Assembly (NCBI GenBank): GCA_049698595.1
Contig: JBAVYC010000730.1
Location: forward strand, 1 to 43,854
Reading direction: 5' to 3'
DNA length: 43,854 nucleotides
DNA from: Desulfobacterales bacterium
Lineage (GTDB): Bacteria > Desulfobacterota > Desulfobacteria > Desulfobacterales > JAFDCJ01
The first letter of the stretch is position 1. Each line of letters opens with the position of its first letter. This document shows positions 1 through 10,560 of this stretch, in pieces. The notes beneath the pieces are model-generated. The model was given only the letters and a program-made list of their open reading frames with translations, had not been told where the DNA came from and did no database searches. The position numbers and the translations under genes were made by a program.

Positions 1-115
1 GTTTAAAGAAACCAGTATTCAAAACGCATATGATTTCATTGCTCTTCTTGTTTTGATGGAATACTTTAGCGGGCAAAATCAGAAATTCCGATAAATTAAT
101 TACGCCCCTTATCGG

Positions 116-1738
116 CTATTCATTACCGCCCGGAGGGTGGCCGGCGTCTTTCAACAGGTTGTTTTCCGTATAGGTCAAAATGGTGCCCTGGTTGTAAACA
201 TGATTAAACGCCACCACCACATCCGGATCGAACTGAGTACCGGCGCCTTCGTTGATAACCTTAAGGATAAGTTCTTCTTCCATCCGTTTGCGGTAGGCCC
301 GATCCGATGCCATGGCATCGTATACATCGGCCACCGAAAGGATCCGAGCCAGAAAGGGGATTTGCTCCTGTTTTAAACCATCCGGGTATCCGGTGCCGTC
401 AAAACGTTCATGATGGCAGCGTATAATCTGCCGTTCTTTTTCCCACATGCCCAGTTGCTCCAAAATATTGGCACCGATGGCTGGATGTTCCTTTATTTTT
501 TCGAATTCCTGGGCGGTAAGCCGACCGGGTTTTAACAGGATATCGTCTCGGATGCCAATTTTGCCGATATCGTGAAGGTGGCCGGCAAAATTTAAAATAT
601 CCAATTCTTCACCGGTACATCCCAGCTGCTTACCCAATATCAACGATATTCCCGTCACGCGATTGGAATGTTGACGCGTATAAAGGTCCCTTGCCTCAAC
701 AGCATTAACAAATGCATATAGGGTTGCAAACAGATTTTCGTAGATATTCTCATACAGGGCCAGGTTCTCAATGGAATGTGCGGCACTCTGGGTCATAAAG
801 GAAAGATAATATAAATCCTTTTCGCTGAATCGGACCGCACCCCGCCAGATGACGGCAGTCAAAACACCAAATACTTTCTCACGGATCTTTAAGGGCACGA
901 TCATTACAGAAAGCAGTTCTTTAGGGAGTCCGCGGGCACCATTATTTTCTGAAATCAGGAGTGGTATCTTGTCGGATGCGACCTCCATAATCACGCGGCT
1001 AAGACATGCTGCGGAATCGGCTGGTTGCTCTTCAACGGTATTTGGAGGCAATGGCAGACCTGATTCCGGTTCACTTTCTTCTTTTTTATCCTCTCCGGTT
1101 CCTGCTGAAGCAACCTCAAAGGGCTGGCCGACCGATTCATTGATCACATGGAACATGCAGTGATCAGCATGGGTAATCTCTAGTGCTACATCCACGGCGC
1201 ATTTAAAGACGTCGGTGGTGGAGGCAGTGGTGGTAAAACTACCCATTATTTTGTTTAAAATATTCAGTTCATCTACTTTATACAGCAATTCACGGTTGAG
1301 CTTTTCGAGGCGTTCCTTGCCTTTGACTTCCTCTTTTAAGAGCACATTTTCTACGAATAGACCGCGCTGCTGCATCACCCGCAACATGCACAGCTCCATC
1401 TGCCTGAGATTGACCGGTTTGATCAAAAAATCGACAACACCGTTTTTTAAGGTCTGAATGGTGTTTTCAAGGGATGGATACCCGGTCATGACAATAACCG
1501 GCATCGTCGAATCATGTTTTCTGATATTTTCAGCCAGTTCAAGCCCGTTCATCTCAGGCATGTTAATATCGGTGAAACAGCAATCCACATTTTCAGTCTC
1601 AAAAATTTTCAAGGCTTCGACACCGTTGCACGCGGTGAGCGTCTGATACCCTTGGCGCTCAAAATATCGACTGGCGACATCAAGAATACTCTCTTCATCA
1701 TCCACAAAAAGGATTGTTTCTTTTTTTCGATCATCCAT
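116..1738 (-). CDS. Response regulator: REC-GAF-HD-GYP, putative c-di-GMP phosphodiesterase
   Basis: REC motifs (ILFVDDE, FTDINMPEMNG, FLIKP), a central GAF-like segment, and HD-GYP motifs HDIGK and HHERFDGTGYPDGL. ATG at 1738 preferred over the upstream TTG. Confidence 0.9.
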   Translation of the reverse strand: MDDRKKETILFVDDEESILDVASRYFERQGYQTLTACNGVEALKIFETENVDCCFTDINMPEMNGLELAENIRKHDSTMPVIVMTGYPSLENTIQTLKNGVVDFLIKPVNLRQMELCMLRVMQQRGLFVENVLLKEEVKGKERLEKLNRELLYKVDELNILNKIMGSFTTTASTTDVFKCAVDVALEITHADHCMFHVINESVGQPFEVASAGTGEDKKEESEPESGLPLPPNTVEEQPADSAACLSRVIMEVASDKIPLLISENNGARGLPKELLSVMIVPLKIREKVFGVLTAVIWRGAVRFSEKDLYYLSFMTQSAAHSIENLALYENIYENLFATLYAFVNAVEARDLYTRQHSNRVTGISLILGKQLGCTGEELDILNFAGHLHDIGKIGIRDDILLKPGRLTAQEFEKIKEHPAIGANILEQLGMWEKERQIIRCHHERFDGTGYPDGLKQEQIPFLARILSVADVYDAMASDRAYRKRMEEELILKVINEGAGTQFDPDVVVAFNHVYNQGTILTYTENNLLKDAGHPPGGNE

Positions 1739-1951
1739 ACGCTTTGTCCACAAAATAACTGTTTAGCTTATGTTTTTGGGCATACCCGTAAATTTTTATA
1801 TCGACGCATCGAGTGAAAACTTTAGCACGACAAATTACAATTTGCTCGAAAAGGGCTTGACGGCAATGACCAAAAATCTGTATTGGATGCACACTTATTT
1901 TTGTGGATCAGCAGAAGTAAACACCAAATAGCAAAATTACGAGATTTTCGA

Positions 1952-3205
1952 ATGCCGCAAAATAATCATCGGCCTTTACACGTCTGTCTGTTGAGCTATC
2001 GCAGCAATCCCCATTGCGGCGGCCAGGGGGTTTATCTGAAAAATTTAAGCCGAGCCCTTAAAGATCTCGGCCATGTTGTGGACGTAGTATCAGGCCCCCC
2101 AGATCCGCAACTGGATGATGACATACCGGTGTATCATATTCCCTGCCTTGATCTGTATAATCCCGAAGATCCATTCAGAATTCCCACCCTGCCGGAACTC
2201 ATAAATCCGATCAATCTCGTTGAATGGCTCGACGTTTCCACCATGGGGTTTCCCGAGCCTTTTATTTTCGGACTCAGGGCGTATCAATTTTTAAGATCCA
2301 GGGTACGCAGGTACGATATCGTACATGACAACCAAAGCCTCTCTTACGGCATCTGGGCTATAAATAAGCGGATGCCCACCATTGCCACGATCCATCACCC
2401 CGTCACGGTGGACCGCAAGATCGCCATCCAATCGGCTTGCTCCCCCTGGGAGAAAATGAAACAGTGGCGCTGGTATTCATTTATTGGGATGCAGAAGCAG
2501 GTGTCCAGATCACTTGCCCGCATCATTACGGTATCAAAATCTGCCAAAGAAGACATCAGTCGGGACTTTAATATACCGATGGAAAAATTCAGCATCGTGC
2601 CCAATGGCATCGACACGAAGCGCTTCTATCCCATCGCCGATATTGAGAGGGAAAAAAACCGGGTTATCGTAACCAACAGCGCCGACACACCACTGAAAGG
2701 TCTTTTTTTCCTGTTCCAGGCGGTGGCCGAACTGGCGAAAATTCAGGATATCCACGTTACCGTCGTCGGAGAACCCAAAAAAGATGGTGACATCGTAAAC
2801 CTGGTCAGGAAGCTGGGCATCGGTCAGCGCATCAATTTCACCGGCAGGATTGACGGCCAGGAATTTGTAAGGCAATATGCCAGGGCAACAATGGCTGTAA
2901 TTCCATCTGTCTATGAAGGGTTTGGCCTGCCGGTAGGAGAAGCCATGGCCTGTGGCGTTCCGGTCATCAGCACTACGGGAGGTGCGTTGCCCGAGGTGGT
3001 CGGAGATGCCGGCGTTCTGGTACCAGCGGCTGATTCAGCGGCCCTCGCCGGAGCCATACATGAACTTCTCGGCAACCCTAAAAAGGCTAAAAAACTAGGC
3101 TTGGCCGGTTACAGAAGGGTTCAAGAACATTTTACCTGGAAAAGAGCCGCCGAAAAAACGGTGGCCGCCTACCGGAAGGTCCTTGATGGTCACCGTCGAA
3201 TTTGA
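1952..3205 (+). CDS. Glycosyltransferase, GT-B fold (GT4-like)
   Basis: SVYEGFGLPVGEAMACGVPVI (EX7E) motif, HCGGQGVY N-terminal motif and VPNGID. ATG at 1952. Confidence 0.9.
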   Translation: MPQNNHRPLHVCLLSYRSNPHCGGQGVYLKNLSRALKDLGHVVDVVSGPPDPQLDDDIPVYHIPCLDLYNPEDPFRIPTLPELINPINLVEWLDVSTMGFPEPFIFGLRAYQFLRSRVRRYDIVHDNQSLSYGIWAINKRMPTIATIHHPVTVDRKIAIQSACSPWEKMKQWRWYSFIGMQKQVSRSLARIITVSKSAKEDISRDFNIPMEKFSIVPNGIDTKRFYPIADIEREKNRVIVTNSADTPLKGLFFLFQAVAELAKIQDIHVTVVGEPKKDGDIVNLVRKLGIGQRINFTGRIDGQEFVRQYARATMAVIPSVYEGFGLPVGEAMACGVPVISTTGGALPEVVGDAGVLVPAADSAALAGAIHELLGNPKKAKKLGLAGYRRVQEHFTWKRAAEKTVAAYRKVLDGHRRI

Positions 3206-3896
3206 CCGGCTTGCCGTAAAACCCGGATTCAAGATTCTGGACATCGGTTGCGGTTCCGGTCGGCACACCTGTGCGGCATATCAATGCCGAAATGTCACCG
3301 CCATCGGAGCCGATCTGAATTTCAAGGATTTAACCGAAGCCGGCGAACGGCTCAAACTGCATGACCGGTTGAGCGCACACGGTGGGGGCATCTGGGGGCT
3401 TTCGGCGGCTGACGTCACCTGCTTGCCTTTTAAGAATGACGATTTCGATCTAGTTATCTGCTCCGAAGTACTGGAACACATCGTCGAGCACCAGGTCGCC
3501 ATTGAAGAAATCGTCCGGGTTTTGAAGCCGGGATGTAATCTTGTGATCAGCGTTCCCAGGTACTGGCCGGAACGTATCTGTTGGGCCCTGTCGCAGGATT
3601 ACCATAGTACCCCAGGGGGACATGTCCGGATCTTCAAAAAATCCGATTTAATCGCCGACCTGGAAAATTACGGTGTCGAAAAGTGGGCGGTGCATTTTGC
3701 CCACAGCCTGCACACCCCGTTCTGGTGGCTAAAATGCCTGGTGGGACCGAATCGCAACGACTCCGTACCGGTCAACCTGTATCACCGGTTTTTGACCTGG
3801 GACATCATGAAGCAACCTCGCGCAACGCGTTTTCTGGAGAACCTGCTGAACCCGATTCTGGGGAAAAGTATCGTCGTTTATCTGAGGAAAGAATAG
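3186..3896 (+). CDS. Class I SAM-dependent methyltransferase
   Basis: ILDIGCGSGRH motif I and LPF..FDLVICSEVLEH. Overlaps the glycosyltransferase stop. Confidence 0.88.
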   Translation: MVTVEFDRLAVKPGFKILDIGCGSGRHTCAAYQCRNVTAIGADLNFKDLTEAGERLKLHDRLSAHGGGIWGLSAADVTCLPFKNDDFDLVICSEVLEHIVEHQVAIEEIVRVLKPGCNLVISVPRYWPERICWALSQDYHSTPGGHVRIFKKSDLIADLENYGVEKWAVHFAHSLHTPFWWLKCLVGPNRNDSVPVNLYHRFLTWDIMKQPRATRFLENLLNPILGKSIVVYLRKE

Positions 3897-3913
3897 CCGA
3901 TTACAGTCTGAAT

Positions 3914-4333
3914 TTACGACGGAATCAGCATTACCGGACAGCAGGCTTTTTCAAGAATGGTCATTCCGACATAATCGACCCGGCCCAGATTCATTTTTTC
4001 CGACTCCTTATGACATCCCAGAATGATGAGGTCGGACTTGTGATGCCTGGCTATTCTGCAGATTTCAAGGGCAGGATCAGCAGGCAGACATCCGAATGTA
4101 ACATGATTAGAACCATTCAGGAACGGTTTTACTTCGGTTTCAAATCGGTCCTTGGTTTCCTTATTTATTTCGAGCAGCTTGGGGTCACTGCAATCCAGCG
4201 CTTGCAGCCGATAATCCAGGGCATGAAAAATGTGCAGTTCGGCCCCATGGTCCCGTGCGATCTCGACACCTTTTTCCAACACCGATCGACTGGCCGGGGT
4301 GAACTTCAATGCAACGAGGATTCGTTTAAACAT
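3914..4333 (-). CDS. Universal stress protein (UspA family)
   Basis: MFKRILVAL at the N-terminus, DLIILG, and ILEKACCPVMLIP at the C-terminus. Purine-rich RBS before ATG 4333. Confidence 0.85.
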   Translation of the reverse strand: MFKRILVALKFTPASRSVLEKGVEIARDHGAELHIFHALDYRLQALDCSDPKLLEINKETKDRFETEVKPFLNGSNHVTFGCLPADPALEICRIARHHKSDLIILGCHKESEKMNLGRVDYVGMTILEKACCPVMLIPS

Positions 4334-4393
4334 GGTTCGCCCCCTTTTCTTTTGGATGGTGGTTTTCAGTGGAGGTTTCCTGAAAATCAAATA

Positions 4394-4409
4394 AGCAGAT
4401 TTTATGCCA
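4394..4409 (-). promoter_or_regulatory. Putative sigma54 (-24/-12) promoter for the Usp gene
   Basis: Minus strand reads TGGCATAAAATCTGCT, i.e. GG-N10-GC, close to the TGGCAC-N5-TTGC consensus and about 60 nt upstream of the ATG. Confidence 0.6.
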
Positions 4410-4615
4410 CATTTGAAAAGGAGGGCGGTTTGGCAGCCGGGATGATTATAATAGATTGATATATTTAATCATTTTATTTCATCCGGAGTATTCGGCGCAC
4501 CTTGTTGCAAGCTGTCACGGATGGTTTATGTAAAGTCAATTTACCAATTTAAATATTTTATGCAAACTTGGTTTACGGTTTAATGGTTTTCAACTGGAAT
4601 GGATGGGCAACATCT

Positions 4616-5263
4616 TCAGTAAGGAAGGTTTGCCGGCATATCACCGCATTTTTGACGCTGCAACACACCCAGGGTGTTTACCATCGCAATTTCTCGAAAA
4701 AGACCGGATGCGAGGGCAAGATTGTAGACTTGGTAAGGAGCCTGCCCGCCTTTTGCCGGGTCCGCAAAAACATCATGCACCAGAAGGTAACCACCTGGAA
4801 GGATATGTCCGGCCCAGGCGTTGTAGTCGGTAAAAACCGTCTCAAAGGCGTGCCCGCCGTCGATAAACACCAGGCTCAAAGGCGTTGCCCATTTGCGGGC
4901 GGCAACCTCGGAGCGACACACGATGGGCACAACCGTATCTTCAATCCCCGCATCTTCGAGGGTGGCTCTAAACCGGCCGAAGGTGTCTATCCGGCCGGCC
5001 CGGGAATCAAAAAGCTCGGGATCGAAATATTCCTGCCCGGGTTGCTGTTCCTCGGATCCCCGGTGGTGGTCAATGGAAAACAAGATGCCGCTGTTTTCCC
5101 GGCAGGCCGCACCCAGATACAGGGTTGATTTACCGCAATAGCTTCCAATCTCCAAACAGGGACCTAAAGAACCGGCCTTAAGCGCTATTTCATAAAGACA
5201 CCGACCTTCTTCCTCATCGAGAAAGCCCTTGACGTTGCGGATAAGATCTTTATTAATTTTCAT
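4616..5263 (-). CDS. Class I SAM-dependent methyltransferase (Methyltransf_24-like)
   Basis: LEIGSYCGKST, SIDHHRGSEE, FIDGGH and LLVHD motifs. ATGA overlap with the ftsK stop. Confidence 0.85.
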   Translation of the reverse strand: MKINKDLIRNVKGFLDEEEGRCLYEIALKAGSLGPCLEIGSYCGKSTLYLGAACRENSGILFSIDHHRGSEEQQPGQEYFDPELFDSRAGRIDTFGRFRATLEDAGIEDTVVPIVCRSEVAARKWATPLSLVFIDGGHAFETVFTDYNAWAGHILPGGYLLVHDVFADPAKGGQAPYQVYNLALASGLFREIAMVNTLGVLQRQKCGDMPANLPY

Positions 5264-7407
5264 TCCCGATCTTCATAGCCGGCCACCAATACCTCCCTGG
5301 GCTTGACACCGTCCGACGGCCCGACGACGCCATCTTTTTCCATCACCTCGATGATGCGGGCAGCACGATTGTAGCCAATGCGCAAATGGCGTTGGATCAT
5401 GGAAATAGAGGCCTGCCGTTTCTTTGTGATTAATGCGACGGCATCATCATATCGTTCGTCGTATTCCTGTTCTTCGGAAGAGGTTTCATCATTGGTGACC
5501 GCCTCGGTGACATTCTCGTTATATTCCGGCTTTTCCTGGGCTTTTAAAAATTTAATCACCCGGTTCAATTCGTCCTCGGAGATATAGGCACCATGAATGC
5601 GTTGCAGTTTGGCCGTACCCGGCGGTAAAAACAACATATCTCCGCTGCCCAGCAGATTTTCAGCCCCGTTGCTATCAATGATTGTCCTTGAATCGGTCTT
5701 GGATGAAACTTGAAATGTCAGTCGGGTCGGAAAGTTCGCTTTGATAATACCGGTTAGTACATCCACCGAGGGGCGTTGGGTGGCAAGAATAAGATGGATT
5801 CCGGCGGCCCGGGCCATCTGGGCCAAACGGGTCAGCGTGACCTCGACATCCCGGGAGGCCAGCATCATCAGATCGGCCAATTCGTCGATGACAATCACCA
5901 GATACGGCAGCTTCTGGAGTTCGCCTTCTCCACCCGATTTTTTTTCTTTTTCTATTTTCTTATTGTACTGCCGCACGTTTCTGGTATTTTTTTGTGAAAG
6001 CAGTTCGTATCGTCTTTCCATCTCCCGAATGGCCCAAAAAAGGGCATTGGTCGCTTTTTTTGGATCCACGACTACCGGCGTAATCAAATGCGGAATCCCA
6101 TTATAGCTGGATAGCTCAATTCTTTTTGGATCGACCATAATCAATTTTACTTCATCCGGGGTGGATTTGTATAAAATGCTGCATATCATCGAATTTAATG
6201 CGACGCTCTTTCCCGTTCCGGTGGCTCCGGCGATCAACAGGTGGGGCATTTTATCCAGTTCGGCAACCACAGGATTGCCGACAATATCCTTGCCAAGGCA
6301 AAGGGGCAAATTCGAATCGGATTTTTCAAAATCTTTGGATGCCACGATTTCTTTGAAGCGCACCATGGCCCGGTCGGTATTGGGAACCTCGATACCGACG
6401 ACCGCTTTACCGGGAATCGGCGCCACAATCCGAATACTGATGGCTCGTAGTGCCAATGCAAGATCATCCGAAAGATTGACGATTTTATTTATCTTCACCC
6501 CGGGAGCGGGCGCATACTCAAAGGTTGTAATCACCGGACCGGGAGATACGGCGACCACCTTTCCATGGACCCCGAAATCTTCAAGTTTCTTCTCGAGCAG
6601 TTGCGATTGCATGCGCAGATTCTCATCGTCTGAAGAAGTCGGTTGATTCTCCGGATCTTCCAGAAAACTATAGGATGGCAGCTGATACCCCTTACCGCTT
6701 TTCATGAAGTCAAAGACTTCCTGTTTCGGTGCAGGCGCTGCTTTTATCGGTTTGGGCACCGATGTCTTGATTTTGATCTGTTGGGCTCTTTTCGCAATTT
6801 TCCCCTTGTCAACCAGTGAACGCTTTTTCGCCTTTTCCTTACGCTCCTTGCGTTTCAGGTAAAAAGTCGTAAGACGGTTATTGACGGCGTTCATCCAGTT
6901 CCAGAGGCGTTTGCCGAAGGCAATCAGAGAAAACCCGGTGGCCAGAATAAATCCGATAATCCACACAAGCGCCAAAATAATCACACCGCCGGCATAATTT
7001 GTATACCTTACCAAAAAGTCTTTAAACGGCGTACCGACTATTCCGCCGGCTGAAAATTTACTGCCGAATAAGACGAAATGATTTTGTCGCATGGAAAGAA
7101 GGCTGCCGGTAATTACCACCAAGATAATACCGCCGATAAGGGTCAAAATCATGGCCCGGTTGGGATGGTTGCCAAAAAAATGAATGCTTGCCAGCAGCAG
7201 TAAAATAGGAATCCAGAAGGCCCCCAGTCCGAACAGCCCGATAATAAAACCGGACAAATGGGCTCCAAGGATACCGAACAGATTATGAATCTGGCCTGCA
7301 GCCCTGGAATTATTGATCGAGGGGTCTGCGGGGCTGTAAGAGAGCAGACTGATCAGTGTGAATATAACGAGGAAAAAAAGAATGATTCCGTAGATTTCTT
7401 TGCGCAT
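5260..7407 (-). CDS. ftsK: DNA translocase FtsK
   Basis: N-terminal TM segments, Walker A GATGTGKS, IDELADLM, LATQRPSVDV and the gamma domain IGYNRAARI. Confidence 0.96.
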   Translation of the reverse strand: MRKEIYGIILFFLVIFTLISLLSYSPADPSINNSRAAGQIHNLFGILGAHLSGFIIGLFGLGAFWIPILLLLASIHFFGNHPNRAMILTLIGGIILVVITGSLLSMRQNHFVLFGSKFSAGGIVGTPFKDFLVRYTNYAGGVIILALVWIIGFILATGFSLIAFGKRLWNWMNAVNNRLTTFYLKRKERKEKAKKRSLVDKGKIAKRAQQIKIKTSVPKPIKAAPAPKQEVFDFMKSGKGYQLPSYSFLEDPENQPTSSDDENLRMQSQLLEKKLEDFGVHGKVVAVSPGPVITTFEYAPAPGVKINKIVNLSDDLALALRAISIRIVAPIPGKAVVGIEVPNTDRAMVRFKEIVASKDFEKSDSNLPLCLGKDIVGNPVVAELDKMPHLLIAGATGTGKSVALNSMICSILYKSTPDEVKLIMVDPKRIELSSYNGIPHLITPVVVDPKKATNALFWAIREMERRYELLSQKNTRNVRQYNKKIEKEKKSGGEGELQKLPYLVIVIDELADLMMLASRDVEVTLTRLAQMARAAGIHLILATQRPSVDVLTGIIKANFPTRLTFQVSSKTDSRTIIDSNGAENLLGSGDMLFLPPGTAKLQRIHGAYISEDELNRVIKFLKAQEKPEYNENVTEAVTNDETSSEEQEYDERYDDAVALITKKRQASISMIQRHLRIGYNRAARIIEVMEKDGVVGPSDGVKPREVLVAGYEDRE

Positions 7408-7410
7408 AAG

Positions 7411-7670
7411 TCAAGTTAGGGGTTTCGCCCCAATTGGAATGTTGGAATAGTGGAACATTGGAAAAAGGCGTTTGGGATTCTGTAATGTGGGGTTAATGGC
7501 AATTATCGTCTTGACGGCAAAATTAAAAATGGATAATCTCCTTTAAAAAAACCACTATTCCATTATTCCATTATTCCGCTATTCCATTATTCCATGATTG
7601 AGGTAGAAACTCAGACCTCAGATAATACCCTATATTTTCATTAAGTTATAGATATTCTGAGACGTATAAT
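7411..7670. repeat. Intergenic fold-back element, copy 1 (8-nt periodic inverted arms plus terminal motif)
   Basis: Left arm is four TTGGAATR-like units (7434-7465). Right arm is five CCRYTATT units (7552-7591). Terminal motif AAGTTATAGATATTCTGAGACGTATAAT at 7643-7670. Confidence 0.75.
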
Positions 7671-9346
7671 CATACTTCCATTATAAAGGGAAGTATAACC
7701 GGACGCCGTCCGATGGTAAAGAAAAAATACTGCCGCAGGGCAGTTTGAATTTTTGAGCGAATTTTGTCTACGCGGTTTAAAACCTCAGGTGTAATCTCGT
7801 CGACAATCTCTAATATCACACATTGGGCATCTTCCAGCAAATGACCGGATTCGGTCTCAAAGACAAACCCGCGGGAAACTATTTCCGGTCCATACATGAT
7901 GATTCCGGTCTCCTCATCGAATGCAAGGGTCACGGCAACCAGTCCTTCTTCTGAAAGAATCCGTCGCTCTTTAAGCACACTGCGCCCGACATCACCCACG
8001 CCTTTGCCGTCGATGAGCACCCTGCCGGTGGTTGCACTACCGCGAAGTTTACCCCCGGCTTCATCAAATTCTATTATTTCACCGTTTTCCGCCAACAGGA
8101 TATTGTCTTCGGCAATCCCCACTTCTTTTGCCAATCGCGCATGCAGGATCAGATGACGATATTCCCCATGAATCGGGATAAAATATTCCGGCTTTGTCAG
8201 CTTGATCATCAGCTTGAGTTCTTCCCTGAAAGCATGGCCCGAAACATGAATATCCGATATTTTTTCATAGATGACATCCGCACCTTTTCGATAGAGACTG
8301 TTGATGATCTTGCCGATGGCTTTTTCGTTGCCGGGGATGAATTTTGAAGACAGTATGACCGTATCACCGGCCTTGGCCTTGATTTGTTTGTGGGTGCCCG
8401 ACGCCATCCGGGCAAGGGTAGACATGGGTTCTCCCTGGCTGCCGGTGGTTATGATAATAACCTCATCGTCTGCAAAATCGGATACCTGTTCAATACCAAT
8501 TTCCGTATCGGCGGGAATTGTCAAATGCCCCAGAGACCTGGCGATATTGACACTCACCTCGATACTTCTGCCGTTGAACACGACCTTTTTGCCCCTGTTC
8601 AGGGCGATATTTACAATAAGCTGAATCCGGGCGATATTGGAAGCAAACAGCGCAACAATAATGCGTCCATGACTGTCGATAACAATTTTGTCCAAGGTCT
8701 CACCGATCTCTTTATCTGAGATGGTGTAACCTTCTTTTTCGACATTGGTGGAATCGGATAAAAGGGCCAGGACCCCTTTCTCACCATAGCTGGCAAACCG
8801 ATTTACATCGGTGGTTGCGCCTCCTCCCGATCCATAGCTGATTTTAAAATCACCGGTGTGCACAACCAGCCCTTGGGGCGTGTTGATTGCGATCCCTACG
8901 CCGTCGACCACGCTGTGACCCACCCGGATAAACTCGAGTTCAAAAGGGCCTAAACGTAACTTTTCATCCGGAAAAATCTCATGCAGGACAGATACTGATA
9001 TCAGTTCCCGCTCTTCGAGCTTATGGCGCACAAGCCCCAGGGTAAAAGCGGTACCGAAAATCGGCACATTGATTTCTTTGATTAGATAAGGCAGCGCCCC
9101 GATGTGATCTTCATGGCCATGCGTTAACACAATAGCGACGACTTTAGACCGATTACGGCGAATGTAATCCATATTCGGTATGACAAAATCAACCCCAAGC
9201 ATATAATCTTCGGGAAACATCAACCCACTGTCGATCACAAACATGGTATCGCCATATTCGAATACCAGCATGTTCATGCCGATTTCTCCCAGCCCGCCGA
9301 GAGGTATAATTTTAAGCGCTTGTGTCAAATTTTGTTCCCTTTTCAA
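7670..9346 (-). CDS. rnj: Ribonuclease J
   Basis: IIPLGGLGEIG, THGHEDHIG, HTGDFK, TGSQGEP and HVSGH motifs. The true start may be TTG 9328, which has an AGGGA RBS. Confidence 0.95.
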   Translation of the reverse strand: MKREQNLTQALKIIPLGGLGEIGMNMLVFEYGDTMFVIDSGLMFPEDYMLGVDFVIPNMDYIRRNRSKVVAIVLTHGHEDHIGALPYLIKEINVPIFGTAFTLGLVRHKLEERELISVSVLHEIFPDEKLRLGPFELEFIRVGHSVVDGVGIAINTPQGLVVHTGDFKISYGSGGGATTDVNRFASYGEKGVLALLSDSTNVEKEGYTISDKEIGETLDKIVIDSHGRIIVALFASNIARIQLIVNIALNRGKKVVFNGRSIEVSVNIARSLGHLTIPADTEIGIEQVSDFADDEVIIITTGSQGEPMSTLARMASGTHKQIKAKAGDTVILSSKFIPGNEKAIGKIINSLYRKGADVIYEKISDIHVSGHAFREELKLMIKLTKPEYFIPIHGEYRHLILHARLAKEVGIAEDNILLAENGEIIEFDEAGGKLRGSATTGRVLIDGKGVGDVGRSVLKERRILSEEGLVAVTLAFDEETGIIMYGPEIVSRGFVFETESGHLLEDAQCVILEIVDEITPEVLNRVDKIRSKIQTALRQYFFFTIGRRPVILPFIMEV

Positions 9347-10037
9347 AAACTTCGCAAATAACGCTTCTAACAGTTTTTATCAAATCATCTTTGGTATCCC
9401 GGGTGAAACCGGTGGTGTCGATCGGTTTTTCAATGGACAACGTGACATTATCGGGATGAATTCGCCAACTGCCTTTGGCCATGATTGACCGGGTTCCCCG
9501 CAGTATGACCGGTACAATCGGTGTTCCGGTGTCAACCGCCATAACAAATCCGCCCTTTTTAAAGGGTTTGACGGTACCGTCTTCGCTTCGGGTACCCTCC
9601 GGGAATATCATGACGGACACGCCGCATTTCATTTTTGCGGCGACTTGGTCAATGCTTTTAAAAGCAGATTTCCGATTGGATCGATCTATTTTGACATAGC
9701 CGGCACCGCGCATGGCACGACCGAAGATCGGAATCTTGAAAAGCTCTGCCTTGGCAAGCCATCTGAATTGAACGGGAAGGCAGCCCAGAAGTACGGGAAT
9801 ATCAAAATTGCTGCGGTGATTGGACATGTAAATATATGATTGTGAAAGATCAATATTTGCAAGCCCTTCGACAATTACATCGATGCCGCTGACAAATAAA
9901 ATTGATTTTGACCAAATTCTGGCAATGATATGAACGGAGTTTCCCGAGCGCGAAAAAAATGATACGATAATTGCAATAACACTGAAAACAGCAGTTGCCG
10001 GTAAAACATACAAAATGATAAATGCTGCACGTATCAT
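9312..10037 (-). CDS. plsC: 1-acyl-sn-glycerol-3-phosphate acyltransferase
   Basis: NHRSNFD (HX4D), FPEGTRS and PFKKG motifs. Confidence 0.9.
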   Translation of the reverse strand: MIRAAFIILYVLPATAVFSVIAIIVSFFSRSGNSVHIIARIWSKSILFVSGIDVIVEGLANIDLSQSYIYMSNHRSNFDIPVLLGCLPVQFRWLAKAELFKIPIFGRAMRGAGYVKIDRSNRKSAFKSIDQVAAKMKCGVSVMIFPEGTRSEDGTVKPFKKGGFVMAVDTGTPIVPVILRGTRSIMAKGSWRIHPDNVTLSIEKPIDTTGFTRDTKDDLIKTVRSVICEVFEKGTKFDTSA

Positions 10038-10050
10038 AAGTTGAAGAATC

Positions 10051-10383
10051 TCAGGTCTTTATCTGCAGCCGGTTAAAAATATTATCGATTAATCCAATCA
10101 GCCAGTTGCGCTGATGTTCCGTAGCGTAATCGATACAGTCACAGCGTACGCGATTTTTGCTGCGCACTAAAAATTCGCAGGCCAAGCGGTTGCCATCAAG
10201 ATCGACGACGAAGTATTGCGGCCGGCATTCTGTGTGCTCCGACTGAATATCCGTCAATATATCCGCTGCAATCGGTATCCAAAAGATCCCATCCATTGCA
10301 GCCGGCCCGTAGTGCTCGTCCAGATAGGTTTTAAGCGCTTTATAATCCGCCGCTCTCAGCTCATCGATGACATATTGTTTCAT
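10051..10383 (-). CDS. Hypothetical protein (about 110 aa)
   Basis: Clean ORF from ATG 10383 (MKQYVIDELR), 13 nt upstream of plsC in the same orientation. Confidence 0.7.
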   Translation of the reverse strand: MKQYVIDELRAADYKALKTYLDEHYGPAAMDGIFWIPIAADILTDIQSEHTECRPQYFVVDLDGNRLACEFLVRSKNRVRCDCIDYATEHQRNWLIGLIDNIFNRLQIKT

Positions 10384-10560
10384 AAAAAATATAATTATCA
10401 CGGATTGTTGCAGCGTGCAAGCTGTATGTCTGCAAATAGATTGTGCAGAACTCGTAAACGGTGTAAAGGACTTCAAGTTAATTCTTTTACAACCGATATA
10501 AGTTCCAAGGTTTCCAGCATAGGTGATGATGGTAAAAATTGTTGGCTCAAAGGGTTAAGC

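Noticed and set aside
7434..7594. Repeat arrays here and at 15467, 19991 and 39659 as possible CRISPR
   Set aside because: The units are 7-14 nt and tandem, with no unique spacers and no cas genes.
10216..10560. 115-aa N-terminal extension of the beta-barrel ORF
   Set aside because: It overlaps the opposite-strand gene, and the signal peptide begins at ATG 10561.
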